Origin: Hydrolagus affinis
Lineage: Eukaryota
DNA length: 64,000 bases
NCBI GenBank assembly: GCA_012026655.1
Contig: JAAILG010001405.1
Coordinates: 1-64,000 of the forward strand
Direction of reading: 5' to 3'
Made by a program: the position numbers and the translations under genes
Shown here: positions 36,291 through 50,902 of the stretch, one piece after another
Layout: each line of letters opens with the position of its first letter
Numbering within the stretch: the stretch's first letter is position 1
Notes under the pieces: generated by a model
The model's input: only the letters and a program-made list of their open reading frames with translations
The model's database searches: none
What the model was told of the DNA's origin: nothing

Positions 36291-39200
36291 TGAAAGTTAA
36301 GATGGTGGTTGACTAAGATTAATCTAACAATGGGTTCCAATGTACAACAACTTGCAATGGGATTCTTTAATTAGAATCTGAGTGTGAATCCTTTATTTAA
36401 AATGGAAGTACAGCAAGCACGTCACACTGACCCATGGGAAGTCCACTCCAAAGTGATTGCATCAGAGCGAAGTTCCAGTAGGTCAGTATTATATACAGAA
36501 CCCCTCATTTCTCACAAGGAAATCTCACAAGAAATTACTGTGTAAATTGCCTGTGTATACTGTAAATAAATATGCAAATAAGTAAAATATATTTTCAAAT
36601 GTAGAATGAAAGAACAATCCATCATCAGCCCCACTCAAAATGTTCAGCTATTTTCCTTCCCCATGTACTGACTGACTTAAGCCCCCAAAACTTTACAACT
36701 CTCTCTCAATTCCTCTGCCTCTGTCCCCTCCCTCCCCACCTTCAAATCCAGCCTAAAAGTCTTCCTTTTTGATTGTGCTTATGGCCACCTTCCCCCTCCC
36801 TCCCCCCTGGCTCGTTGTCAGACTCTGTTACAGTGATGTGTTTCAGGACACTACCCTGCATGAAGGGCGCTATATAAATTCAAGTTCGTGTTGTTGTTGA
36901 CATTATGTGGCTTTCAAAAATGTTTGAATTTTATTTCGGATTACTACATTTTTGTAGTAATCTATTTTGTAGTACTATTATTTTTGCTTCTCTGGCAATT
37001 TGATCCATAACTTGGATAGCCACCTGGCTTCCTCTCAAACTACATTCAAATTATTCACATCAGCATAACAATTAACTATGAATTTTCTTTAAATTATGTA
37101 TTTCATCAGGCAACATTTAAGGCAGTAATATGTAACATCTGAGGAGAGCTTTTCAGATGTTAGAATAATTTGATCAACGCTATTTTAGGCGCCAAGTAAT
37201 TTCAGTGTTGGAAAGTGGTATTTGGAAATCTCTAAGGATTCTATTTGAGACAATACAATGGAGAGGTCTAAACAGCAATTCAGGGCAGGACTTTTAAGTG
37301 TAGAATCCTGAAACTACCATAACTGGATGTGTCTCACTCCGGCCCCATGGATATCGACTCGTATGCTGATTTCAGTCAATCTCCTGCTAGGTACCTCATT
37401 TCACTTCATAGGCTAGAATGTGGAGTCCTGTAGCTCAGTGGTCAGAGCCTTACAAGCGTGAGACCTGTACTCGAATCGAGGCAGGTCAGGGCGAAACCTT
37501 GGGCAAGTTTCCTTACTCCACATGCCTTACAATAATCCCTCCAAAAGAAAATTGGTCATTTCAATCCACGTCTGTTTGTGGGACACTGCTGTGCACAATT
37601 GGCTGCCGCGTTTCGCACACAAGTATATAATCGATTCACTTTATACTTTTACAGTGTATTCTGTGAAGCTCTTTGAGACAACAACAACTTCGATTTATGT
37701 AGCGCTCTCCACGCCAGATGGCTTCTCAGAAGACGCAAAAAGCGCTATATCAGATGCAAGGATTATAATGATGTTGGTGTCCCACTAACAAAATACAGTA
37801 TGTGCAGGTTTCCATATTTTAAATATTTGTTATCAATTATTGTGTATTAATCTAAATACCCAAAGTAATCTAAATGGCAAATTTAAGAGAAACTTAATTC
37901 CATGACTATTTTTGATATTCTAGATTTATATAAGAATCCTTGCATTTGATGTACAATAGCGTTTTATTGCATCATCGTGATGCCTCAAACGAATTCACAG
38001 GAATTATTGTAAAGCGTAGTGACTGAGTATTTTGAAGGTGCTTTTTCTGTAACATGTCAGGATTAAACAATAAAAGGTTTGACAGGAAAATTAAATACCA
38101 AATTACTAGAATAATTTTACAGAATATTTTATGGGCATTGAGAGAAAATCCTTTTTTTTAAGATTTTTTATTATAAGCACATTGACATGTATCAGACACC
38201 AGCTATCATTCCTTGTTTTATCATTGCATTTTCCTATTGGATTATTAGTTATGGAAGTAAAGACTAAAACTGGCTAATTAATGTACAAACAGCATCCATG
38301 AATACATGGGGCTTGTTATGATATGCATGATTTATGCTGTATTGTAAATATATTGCAATTGGACAGAGGCCAGCAATGCCTGGTGGCTGGAACTTATAAT
38401 AGGCCTCATAACTTTTATAGTGTCTTTTGATTATAAACTTTGATGTGTGCAGTTAATTGCACTGAATGTGCTAAATGTATAAGTGATAAAATAGTTGTTT
38501 TCAAAATGTTTTTTTTCTTTCAATAGTTCATCCGGGTTAGAGATTGCAAGTTACTAAGTAAAGTAGTTGTCTGTCAAGAGTTAGATTGCCGTCTAATAAA
38601 ACATTTTAAAAGCTGCTTACAATCTCTATCTGTCAGGCAGAAACATTGTGTTCAATGAAACGTGCAAATGTAGGTCCTAATTTCTGACAAAGAAAAATTT
38701 GATGTGAAGCAGAAAATATCTGGAATGTTCAGTGGGACAATGTTAATGCCTGGTTGGATCAAAGGGCGTGGGAAAGGCACAAATAACTGAATGGACTGTG
38801 TTACTTGAGAGAAATTCTAAATCGGCGACATGGATATATATATAAGCAAAATAAACTCAACTGGCAACATAGCCCTAATCCCTACTGTGCTAATCACTGA
38901 AGAAAATACGTTTTAGGTTTGTATAATAATAGCTCAAAACTATTTTCAAAGAAAACTTTTTTTGGAGTTCACTGCATTCAGTCTCTGAACGACTTCATTC
39001 GGTAAAGTTGAAAATACACATCATATCTTTGCTTTCAGTGACTTGTTTTCTAAAAATAATACTGGAACTGATTTAGCAAAAATCAATTGAAAAGAGCACA
39101 GCAGTAGTGTCAAAAAGTCTGGGGGAAAAGGGGTAATAGCTATTTCCTTCCCTCCCTCGAGGGCCTCACATCCAGTCACTAATCTGTGGACATTAACTGG

Positions 39201-41929
39201 GAAGTAAAAACATTGTCTTCAGTTTACAGGGGAGAAAAAGAGCCAAGGATTTACCTGCTGCCTAGTGTCTCTGGGGGTGTATGTTGAGAAAGGACAGGAT
39301 CAGGCTTGGCTCTGATGTTTCACTTCCCTCTCGATGGTGAATTAGTGCGCTGACACTAACTGTCACATAGCTGAAGAATAACAAATATGTCCTGGGACCG
39401 AAAGCTATATCCCAACAAGAATTGGAAACAGGAATTTCCTGGAAAGCAACAGGGTAACAACAACAACAACAACAAATTTACACTTGTACAGTGCCTTTCA
39501 TGTCAAGAGGACGTCACAAGGCATTGGACAGTCATTGGTAAAATGTGATAATAAAAACATTCAGTGCCTTGAGACGTCCGTCCTCCCAAAGCGAAAAATG
39601 CTGAATGATTGCCAATTTGGTTTGTGCTGTAACCTATTGGAGAGCATCAAGTATTCTCTGTTTGGTCCAGGATAAATTCTCCTCTATATTTTCTTGCCCT
39701 TTTTCTGATTAGGAGTTTCTTCCGATGGCCCGAGGAGTTCCAGATGGTTCGTGATAACCCTAAATGGGTGCCCTTTGGGCTGTTGCGTCCTTGTACATTC
39801 AAATATCTTTGCTGACTGCTTTGAAATATCTGTTTCTGTTGTTTAGCTTATGGCAATTCTCAATGGATACTGTATGATCTCCATTTTATTACAGAGATTG
39901 AAAAATAAATTCTGCAGGAAATTCTAAGTAGTGGAAACCAAGGAAAAAGACAACTCAACCTCTGTCTGTTGAGAGATCAATTACACTGATATGAATGAGG
40001 AACAATCTGTAATAAGGAACAGCCTGTGGCAACACGGAAATTGCTCTGGCTTACATCACTGCAACATATCTGCTCCATGAATAAAAATATTATTAGCTTT
40101 AAAAACAAATGTACAAGTGAGGAATATTTGCTCAGATGTTTAACCCTTTGTTTTTGTTCAGTCTTTGCTAAAAAAAAAACATCTTTCAGAGGAAACAATG
40201 TTAGGTTCCATCTGCATCTATTTGGGATGATAAAGATTCCATGATACTATTTGGAAAGAGAACGGATTCTTCTGGTGTCCTTTCTAACAATCCTCCAGAT
40301 AAACTGATCGTTTGTCTCATGGTTGCTTGTGGGAACTCGCTATGCACAAAATAGCTGATGAGTTTCCATCGCATTTACCTTCCTTTTCCCATTAAACTCT
40401 CAAATTGCTCCTTTTTATGTATGTTTGTTGCATTTTCTTGTAAGCTAATATGGATCCTGCCTCAATTACTACTCCAGCAGGATATTTGGCAGGGCATTCG
40501 ACATGCTTACAACCTTCTTTGTAAAATAAATCCTCCTATTTACAATGGAGAAAAGCAATGATCCTAAGATGGACTCCTGCAGGATACCAACATTAATAAT
40601 GTGCTATTTGGATGTTTATTTGGGGAGGAAGATTTGAGGGGTTATGGGAGAGAGCCAGGGAGTAGGATTGACTTTGAATAGCTCTTTTCAAAGAGCCAGC
40701 ACAGACTCGATGGGCCAAATGGCCTTCCTTTATGCTATAATATTCTATGATTCTATGATATCAAATGCAAGAATTAGTATTATCATTATTTATCACTCTC
40801 CATTCCCAACAATCGTATAGCTTTAGCTGCACTCCCTTTATTAAATGTGACAATATGCATAGCCTGCACCCCATTCAGCTAATTTTTGATAATTTCCCAA
40901 TTGTCAATTGACTATTTATCAACTGGCTTTTCTGCCAACCTTTCATCCCAATTTATTTGTCCTAGCTCACTTCTCATCTCTTTGAAATTTGCTTTTATTA
41001 GTTGAGTGACTTTATCCTTATCAATTTTACATGGAATCTGATAATGTTGTGGTTACTGTTGGCTAGATGTTCTCCAACCCTCACATTACTTACTTGATCC
41101 TCTTCGTTTCCTGGATCAATATCAAGAACTGATCCATTATCAAGTACATGGAGATGTTCCAATGCGATTTGTTCTTTTTTTAAAATAAAGCTGTAAGAAA
41201 TGGGTTCTGTGCTTTGCTGTATCTCTCAAGGGATGAAAACGAACATTTCCAATATTTCATTCTTATGCAATTGAGATTTACATGAAAGAATAAAAAGGAC
41301 AGTCCTGGCATTTAATCTAGTCCCTTCTTGTGTTGTTGTAAATTCTCGAAGCACTTTGCAAGGTTGCTTTTTGTAGGGAAACTGGGCAGCCAATTTGTAC
41401 ATAGCCATGTCCCACGAACAGTTATGAAGAGAACAACCAATATTTTCTTTGGGGATTGTTGGCTAGCAATTGTGAGAAACTCTTTGAAAAGAAACTTTTT
41501 GAATGATCATGGTATCTCTGCTGTCCACCTAAACAGGCAGATGAGACCTTGATTTAATGTTTGATTCAAAGAACAGCAACTTCAACAATGCTGCTCTCCC
41601 CCAACATTGAACATTAGCCTACTTAGACAATCAGCTGAAGGCCCGATTGGGGGTTAGAACCCATCAACTACTGACTTAGAAGTAAGAGTTCTTCCAACTG
41701 AGATAGGCAGACATTCAAAATTTATTTTGCCTCTCAATTTATCTGTAAATAAAACTACCCCAATAGGTTACCCTTACATTGGCATTGTTGCAAATAGACT
41801 TTTGATCAGAACACCAAGCAAACTTTAAAATGAAAGTTTAATAAGAGTCAAATGTGATTTTTTTTCTATCAATTAATTGATAGGGACTCTACAAATGTGA
41901 TGTTGTTGTTGTTTTTTTGTTTGAAAGAT

Positions 41930-43130
41930 GTGTTGGCTATCCAGAACTCTGCGGCTCATGCCCTTTCCCGCACTGAGCTAATCATCCTGATCCTCGCCAG
42001 GTTCCACTGGCTCCCCATCCCCCACAGTGTTCAAAATCCTCATCTTCACTGTTAAAGCCCTCTGCAGTCTAGCCCCCAACCTACCTCTGTGACCTTCTAA
42101 AACCATGCAACGCCCCTGCAGCTTGGCAGACACTGGGATTTGTCATGTCCTCACTCTCCTGCCCCATTATAAATGGTTGGGTTTTCAGTCTATCCACCCG
42201 TCCCTCTCTGGAACTCCAGAATGCAGTCCCTTTGGCTCATCCCTTGCCTCACCTCACCTCCTTCAATGTGCACTTCACCATCCTCTTTGTCCTTGCTTCT
42301 GTCATCTTTTCCCCGCTCCCCTCGGCTCCCACCGCTTGGTTGGATGCGAACACTGACTATCCAGTGCCTTGGAACACCCCCTCCCCCACCCCCACCTCCA
42401 TAACATGAAACACTTTATCGTTATGATTGTAAACATGTTGTTGACTGCTGAAGTCAGGTTTAATTATTGGTAGCCGTGTTTACCAGCTGCAGCCTTGCTA
42501 TTGCTGATGGTAGGCTGGCCTGGTAAATGTTTGGAGATAACATTTGTGATGTCCATGCATTTGTCACATCAAGGCTCAATGGAAACACCCTCCTTGTTGG
42601 CTCCTCCCTTCACAAGCTGCAGATCATCAAGAACTCTTCAGCTCGTGTCCTCCCCCAGACTGAGCTCCACGACCACATCACTCTCACCCTCACCCAGCTC
42701 AATTGACTCCCCATGTCCCAGAGGATCGACTTCAAGATTCTCGTCCTCACTTTCAAGACCATTCACAACCTTGCCCTCTCCTATCTCTCTGACCTGCTAA
42801 TTCCCTATCAACCTGCCCGCCGCCTCCATTCAGCTGGCTTTGGTCTGCTCCATGTCCCCTGCCCTACCATCGGTGACTGAGCTTTCAGCTTCTCTACCCC
42901 CACACTCTGATACTCCATCCCACAGTCCCTCATCTCACTTCCTCCTTTGCCTCCTTCAAGGCCGGTCTCAAGACCCTCTTCTTCGATCATGCCACCCTCC
43001 CAGCATTCTCCATCCCCTCCCCCCCACCCTGCCCCTACCCATTGCTCGGGTCCCGACCCCTGACTGTTCAGCGCCTTGGGACATCCTCCCAACATGAAAG
43101 GCGCTCTAAAAATGTCATTTTGTTGTTGTT
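41930..43130 (+). mobile_element. Two L2 3' fragments (~41930-42410 and ~42585-43130)
   Basis: ccactggctccccatcccc / cagaggatcgacttcaagattctc, tail catgaaaggcgc..ttttgttgttg. Confidence 0.85.
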
Positions 43131-44631
43131 ATATCACAGGTATCTGAAGGATTCCAATAGAGATAACAAACTTAACAAACAATGGTAGGAAAGTGTGTGT
43201 ATAATAATTTACTAATAGGTTATGGTATTGAATGTACTTACTCTACTAGAGACTCTAGATATTTGCAGCACAGACAAAGGCTGTTTGGCCCATTGTGTCT
43301 GAGCTGGCTCTTGAAAAAGCCATCCTTTCATTTTCATTTACTTGCCCTTTCCCCATATCCTTGCAGTTTATTCTTTTTTGGGGTACGGGTATTGTTTCGT
43401 TCCATTTTGAAAAATAGTATGGATTGTGCCTCAACCACTGTACCTGGTAGCAAATTCCATATCCTATTGACTCATTCTCCTAATCTTCTTGTGTGCTCAT
43501 TTACTAACTATCTTAAAAATACTAGTCACTGACTCATCAAACAATGGAAATAATCCCTCCTATTGATTTTATCAAAAACACTCACAATGTTAAAGCTCAT
43601 TATCAGCTCATTCTCAATCCTCTTTATTCCAACAGAAAAAGTCTCAGTTCCTCCAGTCTCTGCTCACAGACCAAACCATGCATCCCCTGGTAAATCTTCT
43701 CTGCACTCACTCCATCATCTTGATGTCTTTCTTAAAGTGAAGTGACCAATATTGGACACATTATTCTAATTGAGCACTAACAGATGATCATTATATTAGC
43801 TGTGCACAATTGGCTGCTGTGTTTCACCCACAAATGAATCAATTCACTTTATAATATATTCTGTGTAGCACTTTGAGACGTCTTGAAGACATGATAGGGC
43901 ACTGTATCGAATGTAAGGATTATTTTATTTTTATTACATGAGTTTAGTAAGGAATAGTGAACACAGAAACAAGTTGAACTCAAGAGCTGACTCTAACAAA
44001 ATAAACACTGTCAACTCCAGCAAACAGCAGTATTCCTTTTGGTGCCTGTCAGCATCCTTGTCAAAGCAAAACTAAATAACAGGAGGCTTAGACACAAAGT
44101 AGTATGATTTTCGGAAGACAATCATATCAGAGGGAGAACAGCATGAAGTATAAAGAAAATTACAGGTGCCCTGAACTAGGAAATTAACCTTGATAATGAT
44201 TCATTAATTACATAATAAAATAATAATGATCCTTGCATTTGGTATAGCACCATTCACGTCTTCTAGACATCTCAAAGCGCTGCACGGAATATACTGTCAA
44301 GTGAATTGACTGTATATTTATGGGCTAATATATATATTTATGGACCTTATATTTGTGGGCTAACATAATCCACAATAAATTATTTTCACAGGATGTTGAA
44401 TACCAAATTAAGAACATTTCAATGTTTACTTCATTCTCCCTCGTATAGATTTGTTATTATTCTTCACTCAAAGTCATACTCACTCCGCTTAATATTCTAT
44501 ATTTCATTACATGCTACTTTATGTAGGATACTCTTTAATGTTTTACATAGCTCAGAGTATCAGTATTATCCTTTTATGCCCCTCTACGTAAACCTGCACT
44601 ATATTCACCTTTCTCTGTTCCTCGGACGCCA

Positions 44632-44970
44632 ATAATAATAAAATAATAATCCTAGCATTTGATATAGCACTTTTCACATCTTATCGATGTCCCAAAGCGC
44701 TTCACAGAATATGCTGTAATATGAATTAACTGTATATTTGTGGGCGAATCGTGGCAGCCAATTGCGCACAGCAGTGTCCCACAAACAGTCGTGGATTGAA
44801 ATGACCAATTTTATTATTGTGGTTTTATTGGACGGATTATTATTAGGCGTGTGGAGTAAGTAAACTTGCCCAAGGTTTCACCCTGACCTGCCTGGATTCG
44901 TACACAGGTCTCCCCAGCTTGCAAGATAAGTGCTCTAACCACTAAACCGCAGGAGCTCCACAGGAGCTCC
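44632..44970 (-). mobile_element. Young tRNA-SINE, near-identical to 48728-49080
   Basis: Long identical runs with the second copy, including the duplicated 5' end caggagctccacaggag. Confidence 0.9.
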
Positions 44971-47900
44971 AATAATTGCCGACAGGATGAAAACTCTCCA
45001 GGACAGTAAATTAATGTAATCCTAGCAATTGATACAATGACTTATCATATTGTCAAAAACAGCTTGAAGACCTTCACAGATTTTGTTTTACTGTGTCTAG
45101 TGACTGACCATCTTGTAGGTAAACATGGCAGCCAATTTGTACCCAGTAATGTCCCACAAACAGCCATGCCTGATTTTATCCGGAAGATTGTTGGCTAGGA
45201 CATTGAGGGAAAGTCCCTCAATTTTTTCCAATAGTGTTATTGGATCTTCAACCCTCACCCGAGCAGGGACACCTGACCTCATTTTTAACATCTGAATATA
45301 AATATGGCACCTCTAACCTTATAGTGCTCACCAGCACCGCACTGGAGTGTCAGCCTAAACTGACCTCAAGTCCAAAATGGGCTTTGTGAAGGAATCATCA
45401 TTAAATAGAGTGTGAAGACCAGTTGGAAAATATTCAAATCATATATGCTGCTGACATCTGAAAATGGCACTTCAAAATTTCAAGTAAGAATGAAAATAAC
45501 AGTACTTTAGTAAACACTCCAGATTCCAACAATACCTCGTGCAGCGGGTGAATGACACTTCAATATCAGTGAAACTGGCCTTTTGCAATGATTGTTGAAC
45601 CACAGCTTTAAAGCTGCTGATCAGACCATCTGGATTAGCACAGAGTTCATTTGTTATAGGGGTCAGGGGACTGGTTTTCTGTTTAAGATACCAAAGGAAG
45701 ATATTTGCAGCTCTCATATTTGCAGCTTAACTTAAAATGAACAGAGTAACAATCATACAGCTGTTTGCAGGAAATTGCTGTGTTCACAAACAGTTTGTCC
45801 TGGGCCCCTCATGGTCTCTGATACTCATCCTTTGCCAAACTGTTTTTTTTTATAAAGGTCGAGTAGATTGAAATTCTTGGAATTAGACAAAATAAAAGTC
45901 GATTAGTACTTTTGAAACTAATTGTTCATGCTCTCCCACAGGTAGTCAGTTGAGAAACGATTTCCATGAAGGTTGTCTTCCCAGTATTTGCTTGTGCAGT
46001 CAAGCAGTAATAGACTTTCTGTGGCCTTCAGCCAATGGTGCCATTTGGCAATCTTCTGTAGTACCACAACTATTCATAAGATTATCTCTCACAATGGTAG
46101 TATTTCATTTAATGGCCTCTAAATATTGAGTGGACCTCAGCTAATAATTCAAACCCATAAATATTTTACCTGAAATCAAAACTCCCTTTAACTCCCTTGA
46201 ACTATTGTCATTCTGTAGTGTAGTTAAAATTTTTTTGAAAGTATTTTATCATTGTGTGTACAGTTCACATCTTTATCACTTGTTGAACCAGAAAAACTGC
46301 AGCAGTAAGTAGAACATGGAAAAACTCTTGACTTATTAGTGTTTCAGCATAATTTCTCCAAGTCATTAGTAGCTCTCAGCAACTTCCTGAATTAGACTTT
46401 GACACCTCTCGTGTTGCTGTAGGCATGTTAGCAAATACAGTATAGTATAATAAAATATCAGTTTCTGATATGTATGGAGATCTATCTCCATGCTTAAGTG
46501 CATCTAAATCAGATGAAGAGTTATACACAATAATAATAATACACATGCATGGAAATTTCCCTTGGTTTGGAATGGAATACACTCTAGATTCTTGGAGTGA
46601 CACAACCTGGCCCTAACGGGACTTTGACCTCATAATCTAAGGTGACACTCTAAAACAGTGCTGGAGGGAGTGATGCATCACTCCCTCCATTAAATGGAAG
46701 TCCTATCAACCTTTAGCTGGGCATCAAAGGTCTAACGGCCTTATTTGAAAAGAGAAGGGAGTTTCTCCTGGTGTCTGGCCAAATAAAATTGGTCATTCAT
46801 TTCATGGTCGTTTGTACGACATTGTTTGATGCAAATTGGCTGCCATGTTTGCCTAGAAATACAAAGTCACCCCACTTCACAATAAATTCTGTGAAGCGAT
46901 TTGAGTCTATTTTGTAAAGTGATAAGCCACTATAACTAATGGAAGGATTAGTATAAGTATTTAGGTGCAAGTTGGTAAAAGCCAAGGCTTTCGTACCCCA
47001 GAATGTGTGTTGGGATTATTGTTGATGTTTAACGAGTTAAAACTACAGTACAGTACTCAGCTTATCATTGTGAACAGTATGACACTATTTTGTCCAGCTA
47101 GTATGACTCTACCATCAGGGATTTGGCTTGCAGTGTTACCACGGAGCCAATTAACAAGTATCCGTGCCACTGCAGATTGGTCTGCTCCTCCGGGACACAC
47201 CAATGAGAAAGACGCGCTTGATCACCAGTCCATATTTGCTCCAAACAGACATTCAGTGCTGCTTCAAAGGACTTCTGCTTCCACCAAACAGCTCTTCTGC
47301 AGCTGTGGCTGTAAGCAAATTGAAACTACAGCTTGCTAACTATTCATTCACAAAGCTGATTCCTGTCAAAGTAGCTGCAAAGGGAAGGAAAAAAAAAAGA
47401 AAATTTGGAAATTTTCAAGAAAGTACACATCAAAACGTACTAAACTGTAGAATTTAAGGTCTCTCCAATAATCCACAAGAACAACTTTTATATGGCATAC
47501 TTCAACCGGGCTAGAGTCTCGGAGCACTTCCATCAGGTCAAGATTTAAAGATAAAGAATGTGTCTGTGTATCAGAGTTGCTGGTGCCTGCAGTGGATCAG
47601 CACATGGGAGATCAGAAGGAAAATCATTGAGAGTACATTTTTATTCTGTTGACCTACAACACTGTCTTGAATTATTAACACTATTTCAGATATGGACAGA
47701 ATATAGAATTTGAATATTTCCAGAACTGGAAATAACTTGAGACCAGAACTGGTCTCCTCACGCCTTATTTAAATATGAGCACTTGTGCAAAAATAACCCC
47801 AGAAATGCTGTTCTTCAACATGTTCAACATATTGGAAGGGAAAAGCTTTAATTTCTGGGCAATAACTAACCAAAAATATGTAACTAAACTCAGTTACATA

Positions 47901-48727
47901 TTAAATTGAGTCACAAAATGCACTTTCCAACCGTGATTAGAAGTGTGACTAAGTGTCAATTCTTCACAAACCTAAAACAAGCAAAAGAATACAATGAAAC
48001 AAGATGTTTCTGCAAATTCAACAACAGTGACTCAGTGGTTATCTTCAGATAAATACATAGACTAACATTAATTATGTCACAAATACAGTACTGAACAGTA
48101 AAGTTATTTTATTTAGGACTAATGATAGAAAGTGCACCACAATGAAAAACCCTGCAAGGACAAACCTGGGGTACGGGCACGAAGGGGGGAAGTGGAGGAT
48201 TCTCAAAATGGATCGCAGAATGTATGTATATACTGTAAAGTTAATTGACTGTATACTTGAGGGAAAAACACGGCAGACAATTGCGTTAATCCATTTAATT
48301 CATAGTCATGGATTAAATTACCAAATTATTAGTTTTTTTTCTCGAGGAATTATTATCACCCAGGTTCCTACTTACTGCAAAGTGTGGAGTAAGAAACTTT
48401 GACCAACATTTCACCTTGCCAGGAATAGAACCCAGGTCACTCACTTGCGAAGTGAGTGCTCTAACCACTGAGCACTGTGTTCCAGATGACAGACATATAG
48501 AAATAAATATAACTTTTCAGCAGGTCATAGACCTACAACATTATCCTATTTTCCTCTCTCCATGGATGCTGTCTGACCTACTGCATGTTCCCAGTGACTT
48601 CTGTGGTTATACCAAATTTTCAGCATCTCCAGTACCTGAGAGCTGGGGAGTGGGATTAAATTGCTCTTTTTAAAGAGCCGGCACAGACTCAATGGGCCGA
48701 ATGGCCTCCTTTAGTGCCAAAAGATTA

Positions 48728-49080
48728 CTAATAATAAATAATAATAATCCTTGCATTTGGTATTGCGCTTTTCACATCTTATCGATGTCCCAAAGCGCTT
48801 CACAGAATATACTGTAAAGTGAATTGACTGTATATTTGTGGGCGAATCATAGGCAGCCAATTGCACACAGCAGTGTTCCACAAACAGTTGTGGATTGAAA
48901 TGACCAATTTTATTATTGTGTTTTTTTTGGATGGATTATTATTAGGTGCGTTGAGTAAGGAAACTTGCCCAAGGTTTCACCCTGACCTGCCTGGATTCGA
49001 ACATAGGTCTACCTCCGCTTGGTCTCCCCAGCTTGCAAGACAAGTACTCTAACCACTAAGCCACAGGAGCTCCACAGGAG
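48728..49080 (-). mobile_element. Young tRNA-SINE, near-identical to 44632-44970
   Basis: Long identical runs with the 44632-44970 copy. Confidence 0.9.
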
Positions 49081-50902
49081 ATTCGATGATACTTCGAATC
49101 ATAGGATTTGATATAGAAATAGGTTTAGGGCAAACATATAAAAGCATTTGAAACTTCACTTTATGCTCAAATGTGGAGTCCTGTAGCTCAGTAGTTAGAT
49201 TATTGGCTTCGCATGCGAGAGACCTGGGTGAAATGTTGAAACGTTTCCTTGTTCCACACTCCTCAGTTTACCAATTTGAAAGGCACTAGATAAATGTAAT
49301 TTAGTTGTTATTGTTTACCTGTACTTACTGCTGTAACTAGCAACCCGATTGTTAGTCAATTGGCAGATCACTTTTCCGGGGTAATAATTCTCTTTTTATA
49401 TATAAGTTAGTCCCTTCGATCCACGACTGTTAGTGGGATACTGTTGTGTGCAATTGATTGCTATGTTTCACTCACAAAATATATAGATTCACTTTACAGT
49501 ATATCAGTGAAGCTCTCTGAGATATCTCAAAGACGTGGTAAGGCACTACATCACATGCAAGGATTATTATTGAATAATGTATGAGTGGCATTTTTAATAC
49601 GTTATTTTCCTTTGTAATCTGAAGACACAAAGAAGCACTGGGTCAAAATGAGAGGGCAGTATTAAGCAGAGTGCCTAAGAGATCTGTACTTAAGACTCTT
49701 AGACCACTTCTGTTCCTTGTACATGTATATATTGATGACCTTGACTCACAAGACCCAGAGTAAGGTAGTTAAATTGGGGTGAGAGGAGCGGTGTTGGGGG
49801 ACTGTGAAATCAGAGGACAGAGAAAATATATTACAAAAAGAGCGCAATAGGGTATTTTGAAGGGGGTTAATAACTGGTGATGAAATTAATCAAAAGTAAT
49901 CTTATGATCACTTCACAAACATAAAGTACGGAACCAGAAGACATCATGACCCAGTTCACTTTCTTCACAGCTCTGCAGAACACTGCCTCTTCCATTTCTC
50001 TTTTGAAGGAGTTAATTGTGCAGTAGCAACTGTTTATTTTTGGTGGGTGGGGGGGGTGGGGTGGGGGGTGGGGTGTTGGTGGGGGCTGGTGCTATCCCAC
50101 AAATGCAGTATAAAAATGAATGAAATGATTATTGCTTTGTGGGGGAGAACGAAGATAAGAGAGAGTATATTTTCAAGCCTTGAATTTTTTGAATCTATAT
50201 TTTTGTTTACACTAAGGCACTATACTTTTCGTCATTTAAAAAACTTGGATTATGTTCCCCATAATATTTATTTTGCTGATAAAATATATTGCTATAAAAT
50301 AAAAATAGATTTAATATAACACATTTATATTTAATTAGTGTAGTAGAATAGTTTATTTTTCTGCGTCTTCAGACTCCACCCTGCATGAAGGGCACTTTCT
50401 ATAAACGCAGTTTGTTGCTGTTTCTGTACAGGAGAAGCCAATCGGCCTATGATTTTTGTTCCAGTGTGTGTCTGTCCCTTCCCTGGAGTTAACTGCTCCA
50501 AAGGTAACAATATATCCCTGCATTTATTATAGTGCCTACACTTCACTGCACATAGTTCAGTACTGTACTTCAAATCTGGCATCGCCAATGATTCATATCA
50601 AATTAGAATAACGTGTTTTAATTTAAACACCACTAGCTTTGTTGAGAGATATTTATTGTCAGGGACTGTTTGGTCAACATCCAATAATCCAACTCAAACA
50701 AGTTTCCTTCTCTAACTCTTTTAATGGACACTCCTTCACTATACACACATACTTAGCATTTTCTCCAATATGATGTAACCACTGTAAAATCCATCAGTAA
50801 CACCTTGTCCAGTTGAATTTATCCAGTTCTTCCTGAATGCTATTGATTCTAATGCTCTTTAGTACTCCCAACTATACAATGATAATTATCAGTGGAGCAT
50901 AC

